64,000 nt of DNA from Botryllus schlosseri (lineage: Eukaryota). The stretch lies in the NCBI GenBank assembly GCA_051294905.1, contig CM119384.1:10974001-11038000 (forward strand), read 5' to 3'. Shown here piece after piece: positions 37,201-47,085 of this stretch (the first letter of the stretch is position 1; each line of letters starts with the position of its first letter). Made by a program: the position numbers and the translations under genes. The notes under the pieces are model-generated. The model made no database searches. It was not told where the DNA came from and saw nothing but the letters and a program-made list of their open reading frames with translations.

Positions 37201-40200
37201 GTGGCTTCGCAAAAATAGGTCCCTTCGAACCGATCTTTCACATCCTTAAGAAGCAGCGTCCCGTTTCCCAAGTCACAAGTCCTACAACTGTCTTGATTCC
37301 TAAATTTGTCAAGCAAGGTTGAACGCCCGTAATGACATTGCGAAAGTAACAATATCGGTCAGTGCAAGCAGACCCATAGTCTCCGTTAAACACTTGATTT
37401 CGAGTATTTGTATACAATATTGTACCATTAATGGGCTGGGACTCTTAATGTTGAATAAATAGTTGATGAAATATTTGGACAACAGTTAAAACTAGTGTAA
37501 CAAGTCTCGTTTACCAAGAATACATTATAATCCAATGGAGAATATCCGTCCCTAGATTATGCAATCACAATAGCCCTAGCGACGAAATATCGGGTGAAAT
37601 TTGTCACGATGAACCCATCATATATCATTTGAATTATGTAGCATAGATAACCACGGGAAGCCATGAATGTGAAATAATGTCGGGAAGCCTTACACTAAAC
37701 TAATGGAAGAGAATAACATTAAACCCCAGTGATAATAAATCAACCGAGGAAGCCTCATTGGCACGTACACTATAATTCCCAATGAGATCTCCGTAATCCA
37801 CAACCAAACACGGACTATTACACCAAGTTTAAAAATTGAGATAAGCCTGTCCCACTCAACAAAGAACACGGTTAAAACCCATTTCTATTGCTACAAGAAG
37901 AGCAATTATTTACTTTGTTTTGATGGAGCGTTCTCCATGGGACCACTGTACTCTTGTCACTGCGGGTTCGGCATCAAATATACACGTGAACATGGCCGTG
38001 CCTTTTGGGGGCACGATAAAGTCTTCAGGAGCCATCACCAAAACTGGGGTCGCCTTGTCTAAAATAAATCCAGCAATATATCACAGTTGCAGATACATAG
38101 ATTGTATTTTTCAAAATTTAATGAATTTTTATGAAAGGATGGCCAACGATATAGCCATTACACCAACTTCAGGGGGTTAAACCTATCCATATCCGGCAAA
38201 AGAGATGGCCCGAGATTAAAATGAAATATGGGAAGTAAATCTTGGGCAATGTATCATCAAATATTAATAATAGCTAGGGCGATATTGGATACTCATCGTT
38301 TGGTTCAATTATTTACATTGTCAACGCATTTTTGAAAAGTTTCAGTACATTTGTCATTGAAAGCAAATGGCTATAGTTACCTCGAACTTTCAGTTCATAA
38401 TTCGTCCTACTACATTTCCCATCGACACAGCACGAGTAAACCCCATCAAACACCAGAAGTTTGGCAGAACTAATGATCAGCCTTGTCGATTTGAAGTCAA
38501 ATAAAGATGTGGCGTTTTTAGACAATTGCTTCCCATCGTGAATCCAATGGATATCTTTGCTCTGTGGCCTGTGAATAATACATTGATTAGTCGGTACAAT
38601 ACATGACAGATGCCAAGGGATGAATTGCATTGGGAAGGACGCGTTTGCCTGATGTGACTAAGCACGTGACCATGAAAAAGAGTTTTTTGTATTGGTTTCA
38701 CACAATTACACATGAAAGCACTGATCTCTAAGTAAAATATACACAATGTATATAAACATAATTTAATGAAAATTATTTCTTGGTACACGAGGGAAAACTC
38801 CTATATCACTCTTTACATGGGGTCAGAAGTGAAATAGGGTACACATAGTTTCAATAGTTTGCAGCTTACAGTGCACATTAGGGCTGTTCAAAAATAACTT
38901 TTTTTCCTGAATCTTGCTGGTTACTTGATTAAATCGTTAGGTTGCCTTAAAAAACGACGCACACCAAATTTGAATTCATTCCGACAAATATTCACCGGTT
39001 ACGTAGAGTTTGAAAATTTTGGATTTGCCCAAAAACGCAAAAAAAATTTCTTTTCAAATTTTTCTGCCAACCCCATGAAATTGTTGGGCTGTCTTCAAAA
39101 ACTATGCAAAACAAATTTGACTCAATTCCAAGCCGTAGAAGCGGAGTTATTTCAGTTTTTATTCGATAATTCTGGGATTATCCTTGATTGGTGGATAATC
39201 CAAGAATTATCACCGAAAAACTGGAATAACTCCGCTTCTACGGCTTGGAATTGAGTCAAATTTGTTTTGCATAGTTTTTGAAGACAGCCCAACAATTTCA
39301 TGGGGTTGGCAGAAAAATTTGAGAAAAATTTTTTTTTGCGTTTATGGGCAAATCCAAAATTTTCAAACTCTACGTAACCCGCGAATATTTGTCGGAATGA
39401 ATTCAAATTTGGTGTGCGTCGTTTTTTAAGGCAACCTAACGATTTAATCAAGTAACCAGCAAGATTCAGGAAAAAAAGTTATTTTTGAACAGCCCTAGTG
39501 CACATATACTTTAAAGTTTAAAATTTTACCAAGAAAGTACTCAGCAAAGTACATTAAACAACTGTGAATACACAACTAGTCCTAATTCTTCGAATTAGTT
39601 GCCAAATCACACTGTTTGCATGGCTACTGAACTGATCATTGTGTTTTAGTGAAAATGAATTGGATTGTTTTCCAGGCTGCTTGGCGCTAATATGATAATT
39701 TGGGTAGTCTTCTTCCAAACCATTCTTCTTATACTTCCTTTGGAGTAGTTTCCAGCAACCGGTGACAGAACTATTTGTACTTATGCTCAAGTAAGATTTC
39801 GCAACACAACCATAGTAGCATCAGTAAGGGCTTTGACCCCATTAGGATAATAGCATTGATCATAATCGAAATTTTACCTCGGTTTCCCAGATGCGTTACA
39901 TTTCAGCACCACTTTGACACCGGGCAAAATTTCTTGCTCTGAAGGCGGTGACATTTTGACAACATTTTCGACATCAGACCCTACAAAATTCCATTGTTAA
40001 AAGCTATCGTGATGGAAAAGATATGCAAGACTTTGCCATGCATTGTTCATTGAGAACGGGAGGGGAAGCAATCTGTCGGGTATAGCTTCCTTCTGGAAGT
40101 ACTCAATGTAATTTCAACTAAACATTATGTACTTACATTTGATATTGAAATTAATGCCGTCCGAGTACACTTTGGCACGAGAATTCAAGGGATTGGCAAC

Positions 40201-42649
40201 ACATTTAAATTCACCCGCATCGAGAAACTTATCAATTTTATCAATGCGAAGCTGACCTTCTGTGCCAGTCATCATCCTGAAATTTGAACAAAATGAATGC
40301 AAAAATGAAATGTTGACCCATTTAACGTCTGAACAAAATATCTAACAGACAATATGAAAAAATAAAATTCGGGCTAAAGTCACCGATGCGGTACAAATTC
40401 ACACTATCTGAAGTAGTCAAAACTATGAAGTTTTCAAGTGGCACCCTCTTGAGATCGGCCACGAGTGTATGTAAGTCGCAATAAGTTGTAGACCAGTGAT
40501 AGAACTAACCACTGCCGAAGTGATTAATACTGATGGGTTGGAAATAGATCAAATACAAGAATGTTATCATCTGTTTTTACAGGGAACTGAAGTCATCAGA
40601 GACCCCAAGGGTATGAAATACAATATCCATGCGGAATGAATTATAGATGTTTCAAAAGCTACGTCGATGACTCACGACAAATGACATCGAAATTTTACCT
40701 TCTCGAATTCACAGCATTTTCATCATCCATAACCCATGATAAAGTATACCGATTTCTATAAGGCTTTTTTAACAAGCATGATAATATTGCACTTCTTCCT
40801 TGAATAGCGTCTATTTCCTTAGGAGATGCCTCAAATATATAGGAAGCCCGGCTACATGATCCGCATCGTAAGCCTTTAAAAACAAAATACAAAAGTGTCA
40901 GTTTATATAGGAGGCTATAAAGCAGACCTGGGCAAAGGCGGCCCGCGAACGTTTGCTTGGAATTCATAACATTAAATCTGCTTTTTAAATGTTGATGCGC
41001 GGACTAACTGTATCAACTAAACAGGAAATTCATTTACTTTGAAGCCTGTTCATTAATATGCCACGATTACGCTGCCTGAGTACCTCGCATGCGTAATCCA
41101 GATTCGCAATATAGGCAATGTGGAAAAGTATGAGTAATAATTATATTAACAAGAAATCATTTTTTCCATATAGCTTAAGCCTTCTTCAAACCTTCCTTGT
41201 TGCCATTGTCTCATTACGTATTATACGGTACATGTTTCAAATTGTTACGTGAAGAGTTTGCAAATCCCTAATTCGTAAAACAAGTCGATCAGTGCTCGCG
41301 ATTACTTTATGACTCATCATATCTATGATCCAGAAAGGATGAAAGAACATGTAAAAAAGAGAAGCCGAAAGCTAAAATTCAAAGCAGGTTTAGAGCACTA
41401 AATATTGAAAGCATCAGAAGGGAGGCGCGACTCCCAAGTTAAAAGAAAATATTTTCGCCCTCCTTGCGATTTCGACACGGCATGCAGTATAGTTATTGTT
41501 CTGTGTATTGTCCGACTTTGATATTAAGAATTCTCGCGTCAACAACCAACCTTCCATGCCGTCAAGCTATCCTTCGGGATTGCTAGCATTCTGGTTAGCA
41601 CTTTTTAATATGTCGTGATATCATGATCCGGTTAGGCGCGAAATTTTCCACTATCATAAAGGGCCTATAAAGTATGAGAACCACTGATTTAGTGTCTTAA
41701 TTGCAGAAAGTGGAAAGGAGTTTAAAAAGAGAGTTAAAATGTACTATGTTTAACATTGTTTCAAATCATGTCTGCAAATAGATATTTATTTAATCAGTCA
41801 CCACTTTCTCATTACCTAACATGAGCACATTAACTGAGTAGCATTTATTACCAATGTAATTTAGAAATAAAATTAAAATACGCTGGAGAATTTAAGCTAA
41901 AATTATCCACTCGACCCATCAACCTTTTCTCTACTTCTCATTTGGCCCGTGGAGGAAAATAATTGCCCACCCCTGCTATAGAGCGAGAAGAAACAAAAGT
42001 CTCTAATAGCTTAGATTTTGTGGCACATTTTTTAGTTTCAATTGACTGAAGACGATTCATACGATAAAATTACAGAACTAGGCACTTTGGTTCGCACTCC
42101 TGGACTCGGCAACGTGTATATAATAGGATATATGAACAACAGTGTAAAGCATTTCGGCTGGATATCGGTTTATGAGCAGATCTGAGGCGAGTCTGACTGC
42201 GAATTTAGTAGTAGCAATCACATGTTATGCGAAATCGTTATTCTCAATTGCAACTGGAGGAATATATTTCCCAAGTCGGCCTACAACTGGAACTAATGAA
42301 AACCAGTTGAGGAAAATGCGAGTAGTTTCAAAAAATAAGACACCTCAATATCCATCTTTATTTCTCACCAATATCAAATCTTTTCATTTTCTAGTGTGGA
42401 ATTTTGTATGTCTTTTAAATAATATCAGTTGCATTAATAAACATGCTACTTGAAAAGGATTGGGAAGAATACGTGATAGCACTACAGACAATTCGATGTA
42501 GATGTGCAATCAATGCAATAAAACACTTCGCTTTGGCAACCGAAATGTTATAAATCATTCTATAAAATTATTTTGTTGTACTTACTGAGAGCGACGAGTA
42601 ACAGAATTAATGAGACATCCATCAAGCTTTCTTTCGATATTTGATGCAT
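25231..42649 (-). CDS. PTK7: Protein tyrosine kinase 7 (PTK7/CCK4/off-track-like receptor pseudokinase), 7 Ig + TM + kinase-like domain, 23 exons, ~1116 aa
   Basis: Exons: 42586-42649 (signal peptide MDVSLILLLVAL; ATG at 42649 or 42622), 40699-40873, 40137-40276, 39878-39980, 38381-38568, 37914-38058, 37151-37299, 36138-36275, 34785-34907, 34571-34725, 33839-33950, 33666-33782, 32105-32373, 30855-31056, 30191-30344 (TM), 29905-29969, 28722-28823, 28557-28662 (GRGSFG, VMVK), 27542-27722, 27140-27208, 26926-27077 (HLDVSARN, SVLSLSKD), 26647-26825 (PIRWLPPE, SDVWSYG), 25231-25493. There are seven Ig cysteine pairs. Total 3351 nt, in frame. The first-exon and last-acceptor choices are the least certain. 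Confidence 0.92.
25679..26222. mobile_element. GACTCGAGTC-rich hAT-like MITE (CAGGGTTGTAA TIR), copy 1, in the last PTK7 intron
   Basis: Ends CAGGGTTGTAA / TTACAACCATG. Perfect 8-bp TSD GGCCAAGG (25671-25678, 26223-26230). Many GACTCGA/TCGAGTC subterminal motifs. Confidence 0.9.
30433..30699. mobile_element. MITE, CAGAGGTGG(T/C)CA family
   Basis: Ends CAGAGGTGGCCAGTAAC / TGACCAACTCCG with TACT-rich internal motifs. No TSD recognised. Confidence 0.55.
32468..32755. mobile_element. MITE-like hairpin element, ~105-bp inverted arms with ~80-bp spacer, in a PTK7 intron
   Basis: GTAATTAGGCAATCATTGCTTTCCTCTGATTGCTTCTGTTGCAC... is mirrored at ~32650-32755. No TSD recognised. Confidence 0.8.
32790..33010 (+). 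mobile_element. Highly decayed non-LTR retrotransposon reverse-transcriptase remnant (tentative)
   Basis: The plus frame reads LWIANFEKSFDPTIISKFLHGLGTVGNC, resembling the RT motif (L/I)DFEKAFD..SKL..LG..GN. It is followed at 32971-33005 by GAAGTGCCG..GGATTTGGACGGATACTTTTT, a frameshifted GVPQGSxLGPILF-like motif. No YADD found. Confidence 0.35.
38879..39497. mobile_element. Foldback-type non-autonomous element, 619 bp, near-perfect ~290-bp inverted arms, in a PTK7 intron
   Basis: TAGGGCTGTTCAAAAATAAC... / ...GTTATTTTTGAACAGCCCTA. The arms differ at only a few positions and give mirrored ORFs in the track (38925+ and 39451-). Perfect 8-bp TSD GTGCACAT (38871-38878, 39498-39505). Confidence 0.95.
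40923..41975. mobile_element. Non-autonomous hAT (Charlie/Buster-like) element, 1053 bp, in PTK7 intron 1
   Basis: Ends CAGACCTGGGCAA / TTGCCCACCCCTG. 8-bp TSD CTATAAAG / CTATAGAG (7/8). Confidence 0.75.
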
Positions 42650-44594
42650 GCAGGGAATCTCGTCAGCATGAACCGATCGAAACAAATACTAATTATAGTC
42701 TATAAATAACATTATTCCTATATCATCTGAATTAAAACAACACAAGTTTAGTTCACTATCTGTCAAATAGAACACTACCAGCGAATGAACGTAATTATAT
42801 GTAAATTGAGCTTGAAATATGAAATTCAGAAAGAAAATACAAGTCAAAGTCATTGAAACTGCCATTACCATTACCGTAGTGATAAGTACCTGAGGTTCAA
42901 AATTGTAAAACCAACAAATTGACAACAATAGATAACAGTGAGCAAATCATTTGAAACAGATGCCAGGTCATTTAAAAATCAAAGCCCACATACGGTATCT
43001 CAAACTGCCAATTTGGCTTAATATCAGTTGATTTATTCAGCCTGAAAGGATCAAATTGTTTAATTAGATAGAATATAGCAATATCTTACAAGCAGAGGTT
43101 TCCAGGTTCTCGTTCTATCAAAGCAGTAAAGACAGGGATCAGCTGAATGGCTATAAAAAGTTCACTGACTGAATTACAAAAAAGGCCAGACTGGACTCAG
43201 TGGTTGTTTTCGTCAATAAGTTGCGCGTGACAGAAGGGTTTCTTCCATAGAATAATTAAGGAATTAAATGGAAAGTTGCACGTGACGTTTGCCACCAATT
43301 CCGCTCTGGCCAAAAGGTGGTTCAGGACATGCATTTGGAAGCAATAAGCATTTTATAATGTACGATGATCATATTTAACAGGTCAGTAATTGGATAATCC
43401 GATTAACCAATATGGAATCGGTGTCTCGTGCACACCAAAGATTCTACTGACTGCACACAGGTGTGACGCTGAGAACCGTCTTAGCACACCAAAGATATTA
43501 CGCTAAACGTACCAGGATTCCAACCTGGCCGATTAGTGATTGATTACTGGTATGTTATGGAAGTATGCTATCAAATATTGGTAACTGTTAACGGCTGTAT
43601 CTAAATGAGGATACCTAATTTTTCAAATTTGTAAATTCACTAATCCCTGGCTCATCAATTGCATGCCATTTCAAACTGTCACTGTATGGCAACACAATTG
43701 AATCAAAATGGCTATGATAAATCAGCATGTACGTAGCAGTCTCTTACAACAGAGAATATATTTGGTTCCATCAAAATTATATAAATACAAAGCGAAGATG
43801 TAGAACCAGGCTGTAGCGAAGGAATCGGGAGATCATCAAGTCAGCTACAGCCTGAATGGAGGTTAGGCGCATTATGAAACATGAAACTCAGAACACAAAA
43901 ATAACACATTCGTAATGTAGCAAAAGAATCAAAAAAATATCAGATCATAGTGCTCGAAGTTGAAAAAGTGTATTTCTATACAAGCGATGTGGCTGATATA
44001 TGTACTTTACTAACGTCCCTGCTGGAGCACATCACATCACATATAGTTTATTTTCTTATACGTTTATTTTTCTCCATAGGCAAAGCGGTATCTTTCGCGC
44101 ATCAAACTAACGGTAGGCTATTAATGTCACTATACGGTCATCCATTCAAAAAATACAAATGTTTTTAGAAGTATACAATTGAAATACCGACATCTTTATC
44201 AATAATAACCCGACGTAGGAACATAAATTCTGCCGCGTACCCCACACAGTCGCGCACGCGAACGTCGCGAACTTTGCTGAAACAAATTGACGAAATTCAC
44301 TTATTTATCGAGAGAATCAAAGTCCTCCTAGCGGAATGGCCAAACTTTGCTTTTGCATCGCAGTTCTTCATAGCTGCGTTGCAAATTGCTATGTTCGCAG
44401 CATAGCACTATAGATAACTAACCTACGGAGGTTAGGTTACTTATCTATAATAGCACAGCGTGGCGATGTGGTAGTACAGTCTCTGCAGTGGTAGTATCAT
44501 AGCCCTTATAAAGGCCATGGTAGTATAATCAGTAGCTGGTCAAAGTCGTCAAACGCTGGTATAATAATAATCGGTATAAGACAGATATTTGTTG

Positions 44595-45545
44595 ATTCCT
44601 CCTACCGAAAAGAAATTCGCATTCACGAAGGAAAATAATACCAAAAGAAACTTAGCGGTAGCATCGGCTGTTGTATTATTTTCATCTGCTCAAGACAGAA
44701 GATGCACAATACGATTTAATGAACACGTATGAGGATGCTGAAACGACCTAGCATCCTCCTCGATGCCCGATGTAGCAATGTTCGATCTTCACCTCTTCGG
44801 CCGTATTTTTAAACGTTTTTTCTTGTTATTTTTCATTCGTTCCTTGCATTCGTACTTCGTCGTTTCCTCTTTGTAAAGACTCTGTAAGAAGAGCAACGTA
44901 CTGATACTGGAGGAGGAGCCCTCATAAACCTTCGTCACTACTTCGGATTTTCGGGGACAGTCTGGTGCCGAGAATAGAACAGGGGGGGGTGGAGGTGAAC
45001 TACGTCAACTCAAAGTGTACGTGCTGTAGGCGTCTTTGGATAAGTAACTTTGACTACATCGTGTAGGTATAACTGCCATTTGCCCCTATTCTCCAAAATG
45101 TTTTCCACATCTGGGGCGATAGCGTAGTGGTGAGCGTCGGCACCATCCAAGCAGGCGGCCTGGATTGGATTTCCGCAGTCGGAGGTAGCTCTAGGCTCCT
45201 CGTCCCTCGTGTCGTTTTTCTTACGACAAAAAAGCCCAGAAAAAATAAGACTCGATAAAGAAAGAAAAGGAGCAAGAAATAGCTTCTGAAAAGGACCGAC
45301 GAAGAAAGAATAACATCGAAGAAGACTGTGACATCGGGCACTAGGCGGAGGTGGATGCCAGTTCATGAGACCCCAAATGGTTGTTCGGCATCCACCTATC
45401 TGTTCATTGCATCGCATGGAGTGTCTTGTATATCGCATTGTACATTGTGCGTGTGTCTTGGCCAAATGAAAATATGATGTGTCGATTGATTGATTACAAG
45501 GTATAAATTTTCCGTGGAAACAATTTATGTTCCTGTAGAATGTGA
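44595..45545. repeat. Old degenerate inverted duplication (arms ~44595-44985 and ~45085-45545) between LMAN1 and PTK7
   Basis: The reverse complement of the left arm shares collinear blocks with the right arm: TCGGCACCA, GGCTCCTC(C/G)TCC, TTCTTAC, ACATCGGGCA, GGATGC, GCATCC, TGTTCATT, TGTCTTG..ATGAAAATA, GGTAT..TTTTC..CGTG. Confidence 0.7.
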
Positions 45546-45820
45546 GTAGTGGTACGATCATTTAGGATTACATTTTATGCACCGCATTTTTGTGCACCTT
45601 GATAAGACACAAACCTCCGCACTGAACGTGGGCTTCTCCATTAGTACGTCATTGGTTGTGATCGGGTTACACAAGAGACACGACTTTTCGCTAGGCGCCC
45701 AGCGCACCGACATAGTGTTAGGAGAGGAAAGTTGGTGGTGCTGACTCCATAACCTGATGGGTCCCCTCCATCTGCGTTGCTGTTGAACATAATGCATTCG
45801 CCTCCCCCATACGTAATCCG

Positions 45821-46019
45821 CATAGGTGTTCAGTAACGATCGAAGTGCTTCTACTTTCCGAAGTAGACTTTATCTACTTCTACTTAGCAGTCTTAGAATT
45901 TTCTAGGCAAAACTCTGAAATACCTACTTTTTACTTAAGTAAATCTATTTAAGTAGAAATTGACGGCGTTACTTCTACCTCTAGTTGAGTAGCGACGATG
46001 ACTACTTCGACCACCTTTT
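45821..46019. mobile_element. Short MITE, CAGAGGTGGTCA family, ~200 bp
   Basis: Ends CATAGGTGTTCAGTAAC / TTCGACCACCTTTT. Flanking direct repeat GTAATCCG (45813-45820, 46020-46027). CTACTT-rich interior. Confidence 0.75.
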
Positions 46020-46027
46020 GTAATCCG

Positions 46028-46330
46028 TATGTTGAGTCTGGGATCCTGATCGGTAGGTCGTAGGTTCAATTCCATGCCAGGTCAAACTTGATCAGTAAAA
46101 CTGGTATCCGTGGCAACCCTGCTTGGCGCTCAACAATTCCAGGACAGCACGGAAGGATGGCCTTACAAGGGTAATTCTACACTTTGCTAGTCCTGTGGCA
46201 TTCGTACATCAGGCGCTCGCGGTAAGCATGTGAACTGTGCAGTGCAGTTATGAACAGACCGTGCGTACCGTACATGTATCATCAGTCGGTGCATAACTGT
46301 ATATACCAACAAAACATGAAGGCAAAAATA
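46028..46330 (+). mobile_element. 5'-truncated tRNA-derived SINE with a Meta-domain-like central core
   Basis: Pol III B box GGTTCAATTCC (46063-46073) followed by CCAGGTCAAAC...AAAACTGGTA...CCCTGCTTGGCGCTCAACA, resembling the recalled MetaSINE/MESC core. No A box or full cloverleaf, so it is not a tRNA gene. The 3' boundary is approximate. Confidence 0.55.
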
Positions 46331-47085
46331 AATAACGTCCTATTCCTGTTCTCACTTTCAACGCACTGTGTTCATAAATGTCTACCGGGTCGTGTGATGA
46401 AATTGCAGTAACACCGAGGCAATAACAACGGCGAATAAATAATTTTCATGATAGCGGGCTAGGGTAGATGGTACTTTCCACAAGAGAATGACGCCGCGGC
46501 CCACACTTCTGTCTCAGGAATCATTATGCTGTCGTAACCTCCATCTCTGCACGCCTTAAATAGATTCTTCCCATTCAATTGATAAAGGCAATGTTTATTT
46601 CAAGTCCAGTATTTTGCTTCATATAAACTATATCTTTCTAGAAGCAAGCAAATAAGGTATTCGGCTGAAACAGTTAAGAGCAATGGATCAAAATAAAACA
46701 ATTTGTATCTATTAAATGATAGAATGTAAATTGATGTCGAAACTGTAATTTAATTATAGGATTTGAGACACCACGAAGAGCTATTTTGAGCACAACTGCT
46801 TCATCATTAATTGTGCCGTCAAAAGTGAACAAAGAAATAAGGAATCACAAAGATATCACTTGTACAAATAATATGGATTCAACCAATGCTTCACCCTATT
46901 GACAGGAAACCATCACTTTCATGAATCATATGATTCATGTACCTTTCCACCACAAGATAAGCTGTAACACTGCGGAATTGCAGCCACCTGCATTACCGCA
47001 AACGTGTTATAGCAACTGAAGATGCGGTTGCTTAATGCAGTGACCCAATGCTCCATTTACATAGAAATCCACCCTCACCGAAAAA

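Noticed and set aside
38925-39451. Twin ~100-aa ORFs on opposite strands
   Set aside because: Artefact of the palindromic element.
45010-45561. 183-aa and 95-aa minus-strand ORFs as a novel gene
   Set aside because: Explained by low-complexity purine/pyrimidine tracts of the degenerate palindrome; no recognisable family.
46028-46110. tRNA gene
   Set aside because: B box only; no A box, acceptor stem or cloverleaf.
46460-46670. Minus-strand coding-like stretch with one in-frame TGA (possible selenoprotein exon)
   Set aside because: It overlaps the likely LMAN1 poly(A) signal (~46595-46600); no SECIS or homology evident.
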